Positions 47,101 to 54,451 of a DNA stretch of 64,000 nt are shown here, one piece after another. Position 1 is the first letter of the stretch; every line of letters starts with the position of its first letter. This DNA is from an uncultured Methanosarcinales archaeon (GTDB lineage Archaea; Nanobdellota; Nanobdellia; Woesearchaeales; GW2011-AR15): positions 150,368 through 214,367 of the forward strand of contig CAYRXW010000003.1 of NCBI GenBank assembly GCA_964428335.1, given 5' to 3'. The notes beneath the pieces were generated by a model. That model saw nothing but the letters and a program-made list of their open reading frames with translations. It was not told the DNA's origin and did no database searches. The position numbers were made by a program, and so were the translations under genes.

Positions 47101-48796
47101 AAATTCATGGGATTTTGTAACATTTGTAAAAGAAGGAGATAAAATCAAGGCGTACACAAATGGCAGATTATCATCTGAAGTTTCACTAAATGAGAACTTC
47201 AAGATAATTAATGATGCAAACATAACAATAGGTTCAAGCCCATGTGTAGGCCAGAATGGGATGTATAGATTAAAGGGAATAATGGATGATTTCAGAATAT
47301 ACAAAACAGCCCTTTCAGCAACAGAGGTAAGCAGGCTTTACAATAAAACCTACTCAAACACACAAGTTCCAATACTTCATTACACATTTGATTATGACAG
47401 TTTCGATAGCACTGTTGTAGGTTCTGAAGGAGATGAAAACGGCATCTGTGAGGTTGGTGAAGGGTGCGCATGTGATGATTGCCTAAATAAAAGAGACAGC
47501 TGTACAGCAGGTGCACTTTGTTCAGAGGAAGGATTATGCGGATGTCCAATTGGCACAACCTTATGTAAGGATATGACTTGCAGTAGCGATTGCTCAAAAA
47601 ATCAGGGGATGAAAGCATGTGTTGGGCTTCCAAACGGAAGATGCGAATTATATGAAGGATGTGACTGTGTTGACTGTAAAGGAAGACAGGACAGCTGCAT
47701 GTCAGGGCTTTTATGCGTTGATGATTTTTGTGGAAAACCAGGAAAGCCAGAATGCAAAGTTGGAGAAGCGCTGTGTAAGGATTTGACTTGTGATAAAACT
47801 TGCGAGTTACATGGCGGAAAAATGGGCTGCGATGGACAGGCAAACGGAGTTTGTGAATACCTTGAAGGCTGTGCATGCCCTGATTGCGATGGTAAAAGAG
47901 ACAGCTGCACGGAACTTGGCGTGTGCGAAATTGATAATATGCTTTGTGTATCAAAAGCTCCTGGTGGAACCATATATGAGGAATGTGTTGATACAGATTT
48001 GGACGGTTATTATAAGATAAGTTCACTATGCGAAGGCAGCAATGATTGTAACGACAACGACCCAGAAGTCAATCCAGGCGCAATAGAAATCAAAGGAAAC
48101 CAGAAAGATGATGATTGCGATCTTGAAGTAGATGAGGATTCCTACCAAGGCATAACTATTGAAAGCCTGACAAAAAGGGTGGAACCATTTACAAAGCTCA
48201 CTTTGAATGTCAATGTAGAGAATGAACTTGAAAACGAACTTCAGAATGCCAGGATATCTCTAGCAGGCCCAGGCGGAATCAGGATAATAGAATCAAGCAA
48301 GAGCGTGTCAGTCCCTGCAAAAAGTTCAGAGACAATCACATTTGAACTGTTTATCAAAGATTACAATGAGGATTATGCGGATTTAACCATGGACTTTGTG
48401 TTTGGAGAACTTAGCAAATCCCAGGTATTATCCTTGGATATCGATTCTCCAAATTTCCTTATAGCTGCAGATCCAGAGGACCTTGATGAAAACAAGGAAT
48501 GTGTGGATATATATTATATGTCAAAAGGCAGCGGAAATGCAGATATTGAAATGAATATAATAGATCCAAATGCATTCAGCCAGACTGTCATAGTTGATTA
48601 CATCTCTTCAGCAAGATTGGGAGAAACAGCAGAAATGCTTTCAAATCCATATTGCCTGCCAAATGATAAGGATTATTTAATAAAAGGATACTTATATAAG
48701 TCAGTTCCAGGCAGATTTGTAGATGTGGCTGATTCAAGCGAAAGAGACATGAATCCGGTTGAGGATAGCATGGTTGTAAGTATCAAGGTGAGGTAA
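44141..48796 (+). CDS. Giant secreted Cys-rich surface protein with dockerin-like Ca-binding module, LamG/ConA-like domain and MopE-type DNDCDG motifs
   Basis: Signal peptide. YDTNRDNNVNEDDILF (D-x-N-x-D-x-x-V-N-x-x-D, dockerin/EF-hand-like; nt ~45494-45640). LamG hallmark GIMDDFRIYKTALSATEVSRLYN (nt ~47280-47345). DNDCDGLVDE and DDDCDLEVDE MopE-like motifs. Confidence 0.6.
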   Translation: MSIKMKNNLKRTLFVFFGLILLTFFAKLTLAICWGVECPPGSPGCKDDWCDDLYDAECVACDDPAEENQDPPCEPSCGSNECGGNGCGGSCGSCDAEPYTTGCTNGACMFQPATLTASSNTPCIDETAASKKIIVTGTSGYCGDVSIKLPWNANLVPVETTKTFETYNFQKEITIPDDVALANTPFVVEVWGNREAKDSSKDEVDYVPVCYKEILVELNYLNFFYCPDSENLQIAADGRFDYYNETAQYIFDSFTYVKWDECVSSLTVTACSPNPTDCVDNSGTSKSQNSVFNGDTDSETEVCWSKEGIQGAWTDADISPNVCAKITGADWYDCNPSAECDNGVDDVTGTNNLDIDGLCCGDDNSENNLQTKVKYAGNTAFIPNINYNACCDDGFTCATEYGSCIRSGDTYCLEIENYRATCKAEGHIEISQDTRCKSDCQICNINDEEQSFGVIDDIDLNAINSFIENSPGDYDPLYDTNRDNNVNEDDILFCRSMYGEACVTCLRLAEEGRDVCAETDDGIVFGQNKPFRCSPNENNFTVELRNDDYCGEVCDYTFEKAACDVNKCGGCAVDSDCGSDQYCDVSRCSCEPRMCNDDICSDFDCSVCGGTGDCGTCPPPCTKTENNEYTLDDNKDNDCDGLVDEPIFEEEGTYIWESSCNYYVCEFTDSVKKKKAEVTLKGSVSAATKVLSELDDVVARTAIKTSFVSHLNNSDNIDCMLFKSGEVLEYFVNFSGSTNTAQIFLGDTLRNPISNPFSYASPSCALGCSSPGNCQRLSCDPAECLFDCGGYFVDTSTDYCAACQESTVCSNYTDRYSCYYDPCSGAMTNKGCSWNETNKQCSDSFNYCPPGTALCTDGSCSVNCKDSEFQGCVQSVIDYSKIKDKAGTNNGKVVGSEIYEDGRINEGFEFDGNDFISVPDKAIFDLDYFTISFYVNPSDVDIKNEYVSKRLSCGNSNYFDIWGNDSIYLEVNKGSRAYVVKTSRVKENSWDFVTFVKEGDKIKAYTNGRLSSEVSLNENFKIINDANITIGSSPCVGQNGMYRLKGIMDDFRIYKTALSATEVSRLYNKTYSNTQVPILHYTFDYDSFDSTVVGSEGDENGICEVGEGCACDDCLNKRDSCTAGALCSEEGLCGCPIGTTLCKDMTCSSDCSKNQGMKACVGLPNGRCELYEGCDCVDCKGRQDSCMSGLLCVDDFCGKPGKPECKVGEALCKDLTCDKTCELHGGKMGCDGQANGVCEYLEGCACPDCDGKRDSCTELGVCEIDNMLCVSKAPGGTIYEECVDTDLDGYYKISSLCEGSNDCNDNDPEVNPGAIEIKGNQKDDDCDLEVDEDSYQGITIESLTKRVEPFTKLTLNVNVENELENELQNARISLAGPGGIRIIESSKSVSVPAKSSETITFELFIKDYNEDYADLTMDFVFGELSKSQVLSLDIDSPNFLIAADPEDLDENKECVDIYYMSKGSGNADIEMNIIDPNAFSQTVIVDYISSARLGETAEMLSNPYCLPNDKDYLIKGYLYKSVPGRFVDVADSSERDMNPVEDSMVVSIKVR

Positions 48797-49831
48797 ATGA
48801 TAATATTTGGTGTCAATCTTCCATTAGCAGAGATTTTTTTTATATTGGTTATGCTATTCTTGGTTTTTTTAGTGATGATTATTCTGCAGCTTCAGAAGCT
48901 TCAGAAAATGACAGAAGATGAAAAGAAAGACCTTGAAGAGCTGGAAAGAATAGCACAGGATGAGAAAAAAGACCTTGAAGATATTAAAGCATTTGAACAG
49001 AGGGAGTCTCAGGATATATCCAAATTTGAGAAAGACATAATGGATTTGGAAGAAGATACAGACACACTTTACCTGAAAAAACTTGCTCCTGACCTATATA
49101 AAATTCAGAATTATACACTTTGGGCACTTAAAAAAGGCATGGATCCAAAGCAGATCAAGGAAACTTTAATCAGCAAGGGATGGAAAGACAAAAAACTAGT
49201 TGAGATGATTGTTGAAGACACATTAAAATATTCAGGATATTATTCCGGAAGAAAAGGAGATGTGCAGATACCGGATATAAAGATTGAAGAAGAGAAAAAA
49301 GTGATTGAAAAACCTATAAATATAGTTAAGGTTGTCCAGCCTGAAGCTCAAAAAGAAGAGAAAAAGGAAACAACTACCAAGGTTCTTCTTTTAAAAGAGC
49401 CAAAAGAAGAGAAGCCAATTGCACAAAAGAAGAGTGTAAAACCAAAAAAACTGAAATTAAAGCCAGTTAAGAAGGAAATTAAACCTGTTAAGCTTAAAAA
49501 AGCAGTTACAGCAAAACTTCCTGAAGATAGCTTTGGTGCAATAGAAAAAGAGCTGACAAAGCTTGAAAAAGACTTGAAGTCAAAGGAAAAGAAAACAGAA
49601 GAGAAAAAAACAAGTCCAAAGAAGCAGGATAAAAAGCCGGAAGCTAAAAAAGCACAAGTGAAAAAGCCTGAAACTAAAAAAGTAGCAACTGTTCCAAAAA
49701 AAGAGCAGAAAGCTTCAAAATCGAGCAGCTCAAAGAAAGCTCCAGATAAAAAATCTGGGAAAAAAGGAAAAGAGGATACAGTCCATATTGAAGCTAAAAA
49801 AGGAACAGAGGTAAAGGTTACTTATAAATAA
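48797..49831 (+). CDS. Membrane protein with coiled-coil region and lysine-rich (histone-H1-like) C-terminal tail
   Basis: N-terminal TM. EDEKKDLEELERIAQDEKKDLEDIK repeats. KKPEAKKAQVKKPETKK tail. Contains the recurrent GxxxxQIKxxLxxxGW motif described in the findings. Confidence 0.5.
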   Translation: MIIFGVNLPLAEIFFILVMLFLVFLVMIILQLQKLQKMTEDEKKDLEELERIAQDEKKDLEDIKAFEQRESQDISKFEKDIMDLEEDTDTLYLKKLAPDLYKIQNYTLWALKKGMDPKQIKETLISKGWKDKKLVEMIVEDTLKYSGYYSGRKGDVQIPDIKIEEEKKVIEKPINIVKVVQPEAQKEEKKETTTKVLLLKEPKEEKPIAQKKSVKPKKLKLKPVKKEIKPVKLKKAVTAKLPEDSFGAIEKELTKLEKDLKSKEKKTEEKKTSPKKQDKKPEAKKAQVKKPETKKVATVPKKEQKASKSSSSKKAPDKKSGKKGKEDTVHIEAKKGTEVKVTYK

Positions 49832-49853
49832 TGTTTAAGGAGGACAGGATAGT

Positions 49854-49863
49854 TTTATAAATA
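49854..49863 (+). promoter_or_regulatory. TATA-box-like element (tttataaata) ~27-36 nt upstream of aIF5A start
   Basis: AT-rich octamer at the canonical archaeal promoter distance for a short or leaderless transcript. Confidence 0.3.
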
Positions 49864-49889
49864 CCTATAAAATCCAAAAGGTAGTAAAA

Positions 49890-50288
49890 ATGGCAGGAAC
49901 AAAACAAGTAAGCGTAAGTAGTCTGAAGAAAGGAAGTTATGTCTGCATTGAAGATGCAGCATGCATCGTCAAGGATATCCAGGTATCAAGGCCTGGAAAA
50001 CATGGACATGCAAAGATTAGGGTCAGTGCTACAGGAATTATGGACGGCAGAAGAAGAGAGACAGTCATGCCAGGACACGATAACATCGACGTTCCTATAA
50101 TTGACAAGCTTAATGCGCAGGTGCTTTCTGTTTCCGGAGACACTGCAAATTTGATGGACATGGAATCATATGTCACATTTGATCTGAAAATACCTGAGGA
50201 ATTAAAGGACACAGTAAAAGATGGAGCTACAATAGTCTACTGGGATATTTTGGGAGAAAAAGTAATGAAACAGTTAAAAGGAGAGTAA
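49890..50288 (+). CDS. eif5a: Translation initiation factor 5A (aIF5A)
   Basis: Hypusination loop SRPGKHGHAKIRV. 132 aa. Confidence 0.9.
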   Translation: MAGTKQVSVSSLKKGSYVCIEDAACIVKDIQVSRPGKHGHAKIRVSATGIMDGRRRETVMPGHDNIDVPIIDKLNAQVLSVSGDTANLMDMESYVTFDLKIPEELKDTVKDGATIVYWDILGEKVMKQLKGE

Positions 50289-50292
50289 AAAC

Positions 50293-50454
50293 ATGGTTAA
50301 GTTCCCAGAAGCAGATGCAAGGATAATGAAGGGTGTGTTTTGTTGCAGAGGATGCAAGTCAAAAACAAGGACATCAAACCTAAAGGTACTTGCAGGAAAA
50401 GTCACATGCAAAAAATGTGGCGGGCACAATTTTAGGCCACTTAGGAAGAAATGA
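50293..50454 (+). CDS. rpl40e: Ribosomal protein L40e (53 aa; below ORF-track length cutoff)
   Basis: MVKFPEADARIMKGVFCCRGCKSKTRTSNLKVLAGKVTCKKCGGHNFRPLRKK has the L40e pattern (FPEAeARI...C.rC....K.C..C....LRPkK). 4-nt overlap with the next gene. Confidence 0.65.
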   Translation: MVKFPEADARIMKGVFCCRGCKSKTRTSNLKVLAGKVTCKKCGGHNFRPLRKK

Positions 50455-51629
50455 TGAGTTTTTTTTCTGAATATTTTAGTGTTATTCTATTTTATAGTGC
50501 TATAGTCTTGCTTGTTTATGTCAACAGGAACAGGTTTGAAAAGCAGGCAGCGTTCATGTATCTGTATAAGACCAAATTTGGCCTTAAGTTCATGGACAAT
50601 TCTGGCAAAAAGTTTGGTAGCATAATAAGATTTTTAGGATATGTTGGCATAATAGTTGCATATGCAGGCTTTTTTTTAGTCACTTATGCACTTTTAAACA
50701 ATGCTTATGACCTTATCATCAATAAGCCTGGAGCAGTAGGCGGTTCTCCGGTCATTCCAGGTCTTCCTATAGCAGGGTTAGGCATAAGATTTCCACTAAT
50801 TATAGGCTGGATTAGCCTTTTTATAATCATGATTGTGCACGAATTTGCGCATGGGATGGTTGCCAGGGCACATAATGTGAAAGTAAAGAGTTCAGGGATA
50901 GCTTTCTTTGGGCCAATTTTAGGGGCTTTTGTGGAGCCAGATGAAAAAGAGATATCAAAAAAATCACATAAGGTGCAGCATTCAATATTTGCAGCAGGGC
51001 CTTTTTCAAATGTCTTGCTGTGGCTGGTTTGCCTGGGGTTATTGTTCATGACAGTGCCATTCACAAACACTTTCACTCTAAGCCAGGGTGTAAAAATAGG
51101 GGTTATGCAGGAGAATCTTCCAGCATTTGAAGCAGGAATTAAAGAAGGAGCTGTAATTACAGGAATTAATAATGACATAATTACAAATATCTCCTCACTT
51201 GAAAAAGCATTGCAGAAGATTAAACCAGGAGAAGAACTGGTTTTAAAAACAAGAAATGAGACATATGAATTAAGAGCAGCAAAAAACCCGAACAACGAAA
51301 CAAGAGCTTACTTAGGAATATGGCTATATGGAGAAGAAAAGAAATTAAAGGATGAGAGCAAGAATTGGCAATATAAGATTATGCTTTGGATAATAGAACT
51401 TCTGACATGGACAGGGTTCATCAGCATAAACATAGGTCTAATCAACTTATTCCCAATATTTATTACTGATGGTGCAAGGATGCTAAAACTTAATTTTGAC
51501 TATCTTTTCAAGAAAAAAGGGTTTGAATACTGGAAAACCGTTAACATGGTATCACTTTTTATAATACTTATAATCATCTTCCTTCCTCTGTTGAGATCAG
51601 TCCTGTCATCATTAGTTTCATTGTTCTAA
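50451..51629 (+). CDS. Site-2 protease family (M50) intramembrane zinc metalloprotease with PDZ domain
   Basis: HEFAHGMVARAH within a TM helix. PDZ-like GVKIGVMQENLPAFEAGIKEGAVITGINND. Multiple TM helices. Confidence 0.8.
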   Translation: MMSFFSEYFSVILFYSAIVLLVYVNRNRFEKQAAFMYLYKTKFGLKFMDNSGKKFGSIIRFLGYVGIIVAYAGFFLVTYALLNNAYDLIINKPGAVGGSPVIPGLPIAGLGIRFPLIIGWISLFIIMIVHEFAHGMVARAHNVKVKSSGIAFFGPILGAFVEPDEKEISKKSHKVQHSIFAAGPFSNVLLWLVCLGLLFMTVPFTNTFTLSQGVKIGVMQENLPAFEAGIKEGAVITGINNDIITNISSLEKALQKIKPGEELVLKTRNETYELRAAKNPNNETRAYLGIWLYGEEKKLKDESKNWQYKIMLWIIELLTWTGFISINIGLINLFPIFITDGARMLKLNFDYLFKKKGFEYWKTVNMVSLFIILIIIFLPLLRSVLSSLVSLF

Positions 51630-51674
51630 TTTTTTGGATACTAATTTAAATAAAACAACATATACCAGGTACCA

Positions 51675-52358
51675 ATGATTTCCGTAGTTTTGCTAAGGCC
51701 ACAAAATGCTGAAAACCTGGGATTTATCTCTAGAGCCATGGCAAATTTCGATTTTGAAAACCTTGTCTTAGTTAATCCAACATGCAGCAATCTTTCAGAC
51801 CAGGCTATGAGAACAGCAATGCATTCCAAAGAAATACTGAAAAAAGCAAAAGTAAGGAAAAAGCTTCCTAACTATGACCTTGTAGTTGGCACAACTTCAG
51901 CTTTAGGAACAGACTATAATATACCTAGAGTGCCTATGACAGCAGAGGAATTTGCAAAAAAATATGATGCTAACCAAAATGTTGCACTTGTATTTGGAAA
52001 TGAGGGCACAGGGCTTACTAATAAGGAACTGGCACTTTGTGATTTCATAATAACAATACCAACATCAAAAAAATACCCGGCAATGAACCTAAGCCATGCA
52101 GTGTCACTTGTCCTTTATGAGATATATAAAAAACATGGAAAAAATAAGATTGGAGAAAACATAAAGAAAGCAACAAAGATTGAAAAGCAGATAATCCTTG
52201 GGCTTCTTAATGATATAATTGATAACACCGAATTTTCAACAAAAGAAAAAAGGGAAACCCAAAAGATAGTATGGAAAAAGATAATTGAAAAATCAATGCT
52301 GTCTAAAAGAGAAGCTTTTGCAGTGCTTGGCCTTTTAAGGAAGCTTAACAGGACTTAA
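51675..52358 (+). CDS. SpoU/TrmH-family RNA 2'-O-methyltransferase (SPOUT class)
   Basis: AENLGFISRAMANFDFENLVLVNP ... ALVFGNEGTGLTNKEL ... TIPTSKKYPAMNLSHAVSLVLYEI are SPOUT motifs. Confidence 0.75.
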   Translation: MISVVLLRPQNAENLGFISRAMANFDFENLVLVNPTCSNLSDQAMRTAMHSKEILKKAKVRKKLPNYDLVVGTTSALGTDYNIPRVPMTAEEFAKKYDANQNVALVFGNEGTGLTNKELALCDFIITIPTSKKYPAMNLSHAVSLVLYEIYKKHGKNKIGENIKKATKIEKQIILGLLNDIIDNTEFSTKEKRETQKIVWKKIIEKSMLSKREAFAVLGLLRKLNRT

Positions 52359-52977
52359 TGCTGCTGAAAGATATCATCTTATCTTTGCAAACGTACTTTT
52401 TTCCTCCTTCAACAATACCAGGAGTCAATTCAACAGCATATATTTCACCAATTCCATAGTCAACCACGTTTGTTGAAACATCTTCAGGAAGCAGGTTCAA
52501 ATTTTCTATAGTTTCTTCAAAATCCTTCTTTAGGATGCCTGTATCAGTGCCAACTACTTTAACTTTGACAAAATTGATATTGCTTTCCCCGCTATTTTTT
52601 ACTATCATCTGTATCTTTGAATTATCAGGGAATGAGCAGATTATTTTTTCACCATTTAATTCATGGACATCTAATTTAACTTCATCGCAGCCAGCACTGA
52701 TTGATGGCATCTGCAGCTTTAATATCAAAACTACAAGAACACATAAGACAAGGATATGGACCCAGATAGGAATCTTTCTTTTCTTAACTGCTTTTTTTTC
52801 CTGCAATTTTGGCTGGTTCGGAACAGGAGGAACAATAGGCGTGGCTATCTGCTTGAATGCTTCAGTTACCATCTCATCACTGTATCCGTTAGCAAGCAGA
52901 TGCTCTTTTATATCGCTGTCTTTAAATCCCTGTGCCCTTACCTGCTTAATGTAATTAACCAGTTCTTCACTTGCCAT
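52345..52977 (-). CDS. Single-pass membrane protein with N-terminal cytoplasmic recurrent motif domain
   Basis: LVNYIKQVRAQGFKDSDIKEHLLANGYSDEMV, then TM IPIWVHILVLCVLVVLIL, then an extracellular domain. Confidence 0.5.
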   Translation of the reverse strand: MASEELVNYIKQVRAQGFKDSDIKEHLLANGYSDEMVTEAFKQIATPIVPPVPNQPKLQEKKAVKKRKIPIWVHILVLCVLVVLILKLQMPSISAGCDEVKLDVHELNGEKIICSFPDNSKIQMIVKNSGESNINFVKVKVVGTDTGILKKDFEETIENLNLLPEDVSTNVVDYGIGEIYAVELTPGIVEGGKKYVCKDKMISFSSIKSC

Positions 52978-53269
52978 TTTGTACTAATATCCCTTTAGGA
53001 GAGGCGTTCTTCCCAAGCCTGTAATATATTTTTTCAGCTGTCTCTCCCCAGGAATATTCCCCTTTTTCCTTTTCTATTTTTTCTATCTCAAATTCAGCAG
53101 TGTCAAGGCCTTTTTTCAGATGATAATAGATTGATCTAAGTGTGACTTTTGGAAATTTTTCAACATAAGTCTTATAGATATCATAACCGTAAGCATTGCC
53201 AAGAGTAAAGAGAATTTCAACCATATTCTGTCTGATAACTGAATTTATAGGTCTTCCTCTCTTTCCCAT
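52967..53269 (-). CDS. PadR-like winged-helix transcriptional regulator
   Basis: ILFTLGNAYGYDIYKTYVEKF...VTLRSIYYHLKKGLDTAEFEIEKIEKEKGEYSWGETAEKIYYRLGKN parallels the PadR blocks (G.hGYeI ... lYp.L.rLe.eGli ... k.Y.lT). Confidence 0.5.
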   Translation of the reverse strand: MGKRGRPINSVIRQNMVEILFTLGNAYGYDIYKTYVEKFPKVTLRSIYYHLKKGLDTAEFEIEKIEKEKGEYSWGETAEKIYYRLGKNASPKGILVQNGK

Positions 53270-53352
53270 AATGCTTTTTTATACCAGCCTGTTTAAATAT
53301 TTTGCTTTATAGAAAAGAATCTTTTCTAATAATCTGGCTTTTGCCTGATATA

Positions 53353-53377
53353 TTGAAAATAATTATATTATTTTCAA
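53353..53377. promoter_or_regulatory. 25-bp perfect palindrome ttgaaaataat-tat-attattttcaa (candidate operator of the PadR-like regulator)
   Basis: 11-bp arms are exact reverse complements. Related half-sites (tgaaattaatttca at 53403-53416; attgaaaatgatt at ~53452) occur in the same divergent intergenic region. Confidence 0.45.
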
Positions 53378-53527
53378 AGAGTTAAGATAAACTTTAACCT
53401 ATTGAAATTAATTTCATTATTTTCAAATAATCAAGCAAAAAATACTTTGATATATTGAAAATGATTCTCTTTTTTTCATACAAAAATCAATAAATCTATT
53501 AATACGGATTTTCCCATATACCTTAAA

Positions 53528-54451
53528 ATGAAAATCATCCTTCAATTATCAAAAGAAAACCTAAGCCTAGCAATAGACGAAGCAATAGCATTAACAAAAA
53601 AAAAATATGCGCTATACGAGAATTTTCTTATAACTTCATACCTTAAAAACATGGAAAAAAGGCTTGGCTTTTCACATAACCTATATGAATTCCTATTTGC
53701 GTGCAAGCGTGTTGAACTAGACCAAAAAATAGGCCTTTTTGACTGGCAGAGAAAATATGCTACTAATTTTTCAGCAAGGGCACATGGTCTTGATGAAAAA
53801 GAGATAGCTAAAAAAGTATTCAAGAAGCTTAAGAATCCTACAGTTAAGCTTAGGAATTCAGATTCAGAATTTCATTTTTTCCTTATAGATGATAATGTAA
53901 TATGCGGAAAATTCCTCTATGAAGTAGATAAAACCCACCTAAAGCGAAAAGCTCACCTTAGGCCCAGCCTTCATCCAACTTCAATGAACCCGGCTTTGGC
54001 AAAAGCATGCATAAACCTTACAGGGCTAAAAAAAGGCAGCATATTGGATCCATTCTGCGGTTCAGGAGGCATACTCATTGAAGCAGCAATAATGGGATTT
54101 AATGCTATTGGGTATGATATAGATGAGATGCAAATCAAAAGGGCAGGAAAAAACCTTGAATATTACCAAGCAAAGGCGGAACTTCAGACTGTTGATGCAT
54201 TAACTTCTAAAGTAAAAGTAAATGCAATAGTTACAGATATTCCCTATGGAAAAAGCTCTAAAGCAGGGAATGTAAGCACTCTTGCAAATAAATTCTTAGC
54301 CCATGCAAAGAACCTTACAGACAATATGGTCATTATCTACCCGGATTTTATTAACCCAGATTTTTATGGGTGGAAAGTTGAAAAAGAATATTCAGTATAT
54401 ATCCACAAGTCTTTGACAAGAAAGATTGCTAAGCTTCATTCTGTTCATTAA
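53528..54451 (+). CDS. tRNA (guanine-N2)-methyltransferase, Trm11/Trm-G10 family (THUMP-associated class I MTase)
   Basis: SAM-binding motif I ILDPFCGSGGILIEAA. Motif IV DIPYG (DPPY-type). N-terminal region compatible with THUMP. Confidence 0.65.
   Translation: MKIILQLSKENLSLAIDEAIALTKKKYALYENFLITSYLKNMEKRLGFSHNLYEFLFACKRVELDQKIGLFDWQRKYATNFSARAHGLDEKEIAKKVFKKLKNPTVKLRNSDSEFHFFLIDDNVICGKFLYEVDKTHLKRKAHLRPSLHPTSMNPALAKACINLTGLKKGSILDPFCGSGGILIEAAIMGFNAIGYDIDEMQIKRAGKNLEYYQAKAELQTVDALTSKVKVNAIVTDIPYGKSSKAGNVSTLANKFLAHAKNLTDNMVIIYPDFINPDFYGWKVEKEYSVYIHKSLTRKIAKLHSVH

Noticed and set aside
47292-48026. 244-aa antisense ORF inside the giant Cys-rich gene (Cys/His/Gln-rich translation)
   Set aside because: It is the reverse complement of Cys-codon-rich coding sequence. 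The sense strand encodes coherent LamG/MopE modules. No independent start context.
50705-51295. 196-aa antisense ORF within the S2P protease gene
   Set aside because: The sense frame carries the HExxH-in-TM and PDZ motifs. The antisense product has no features.
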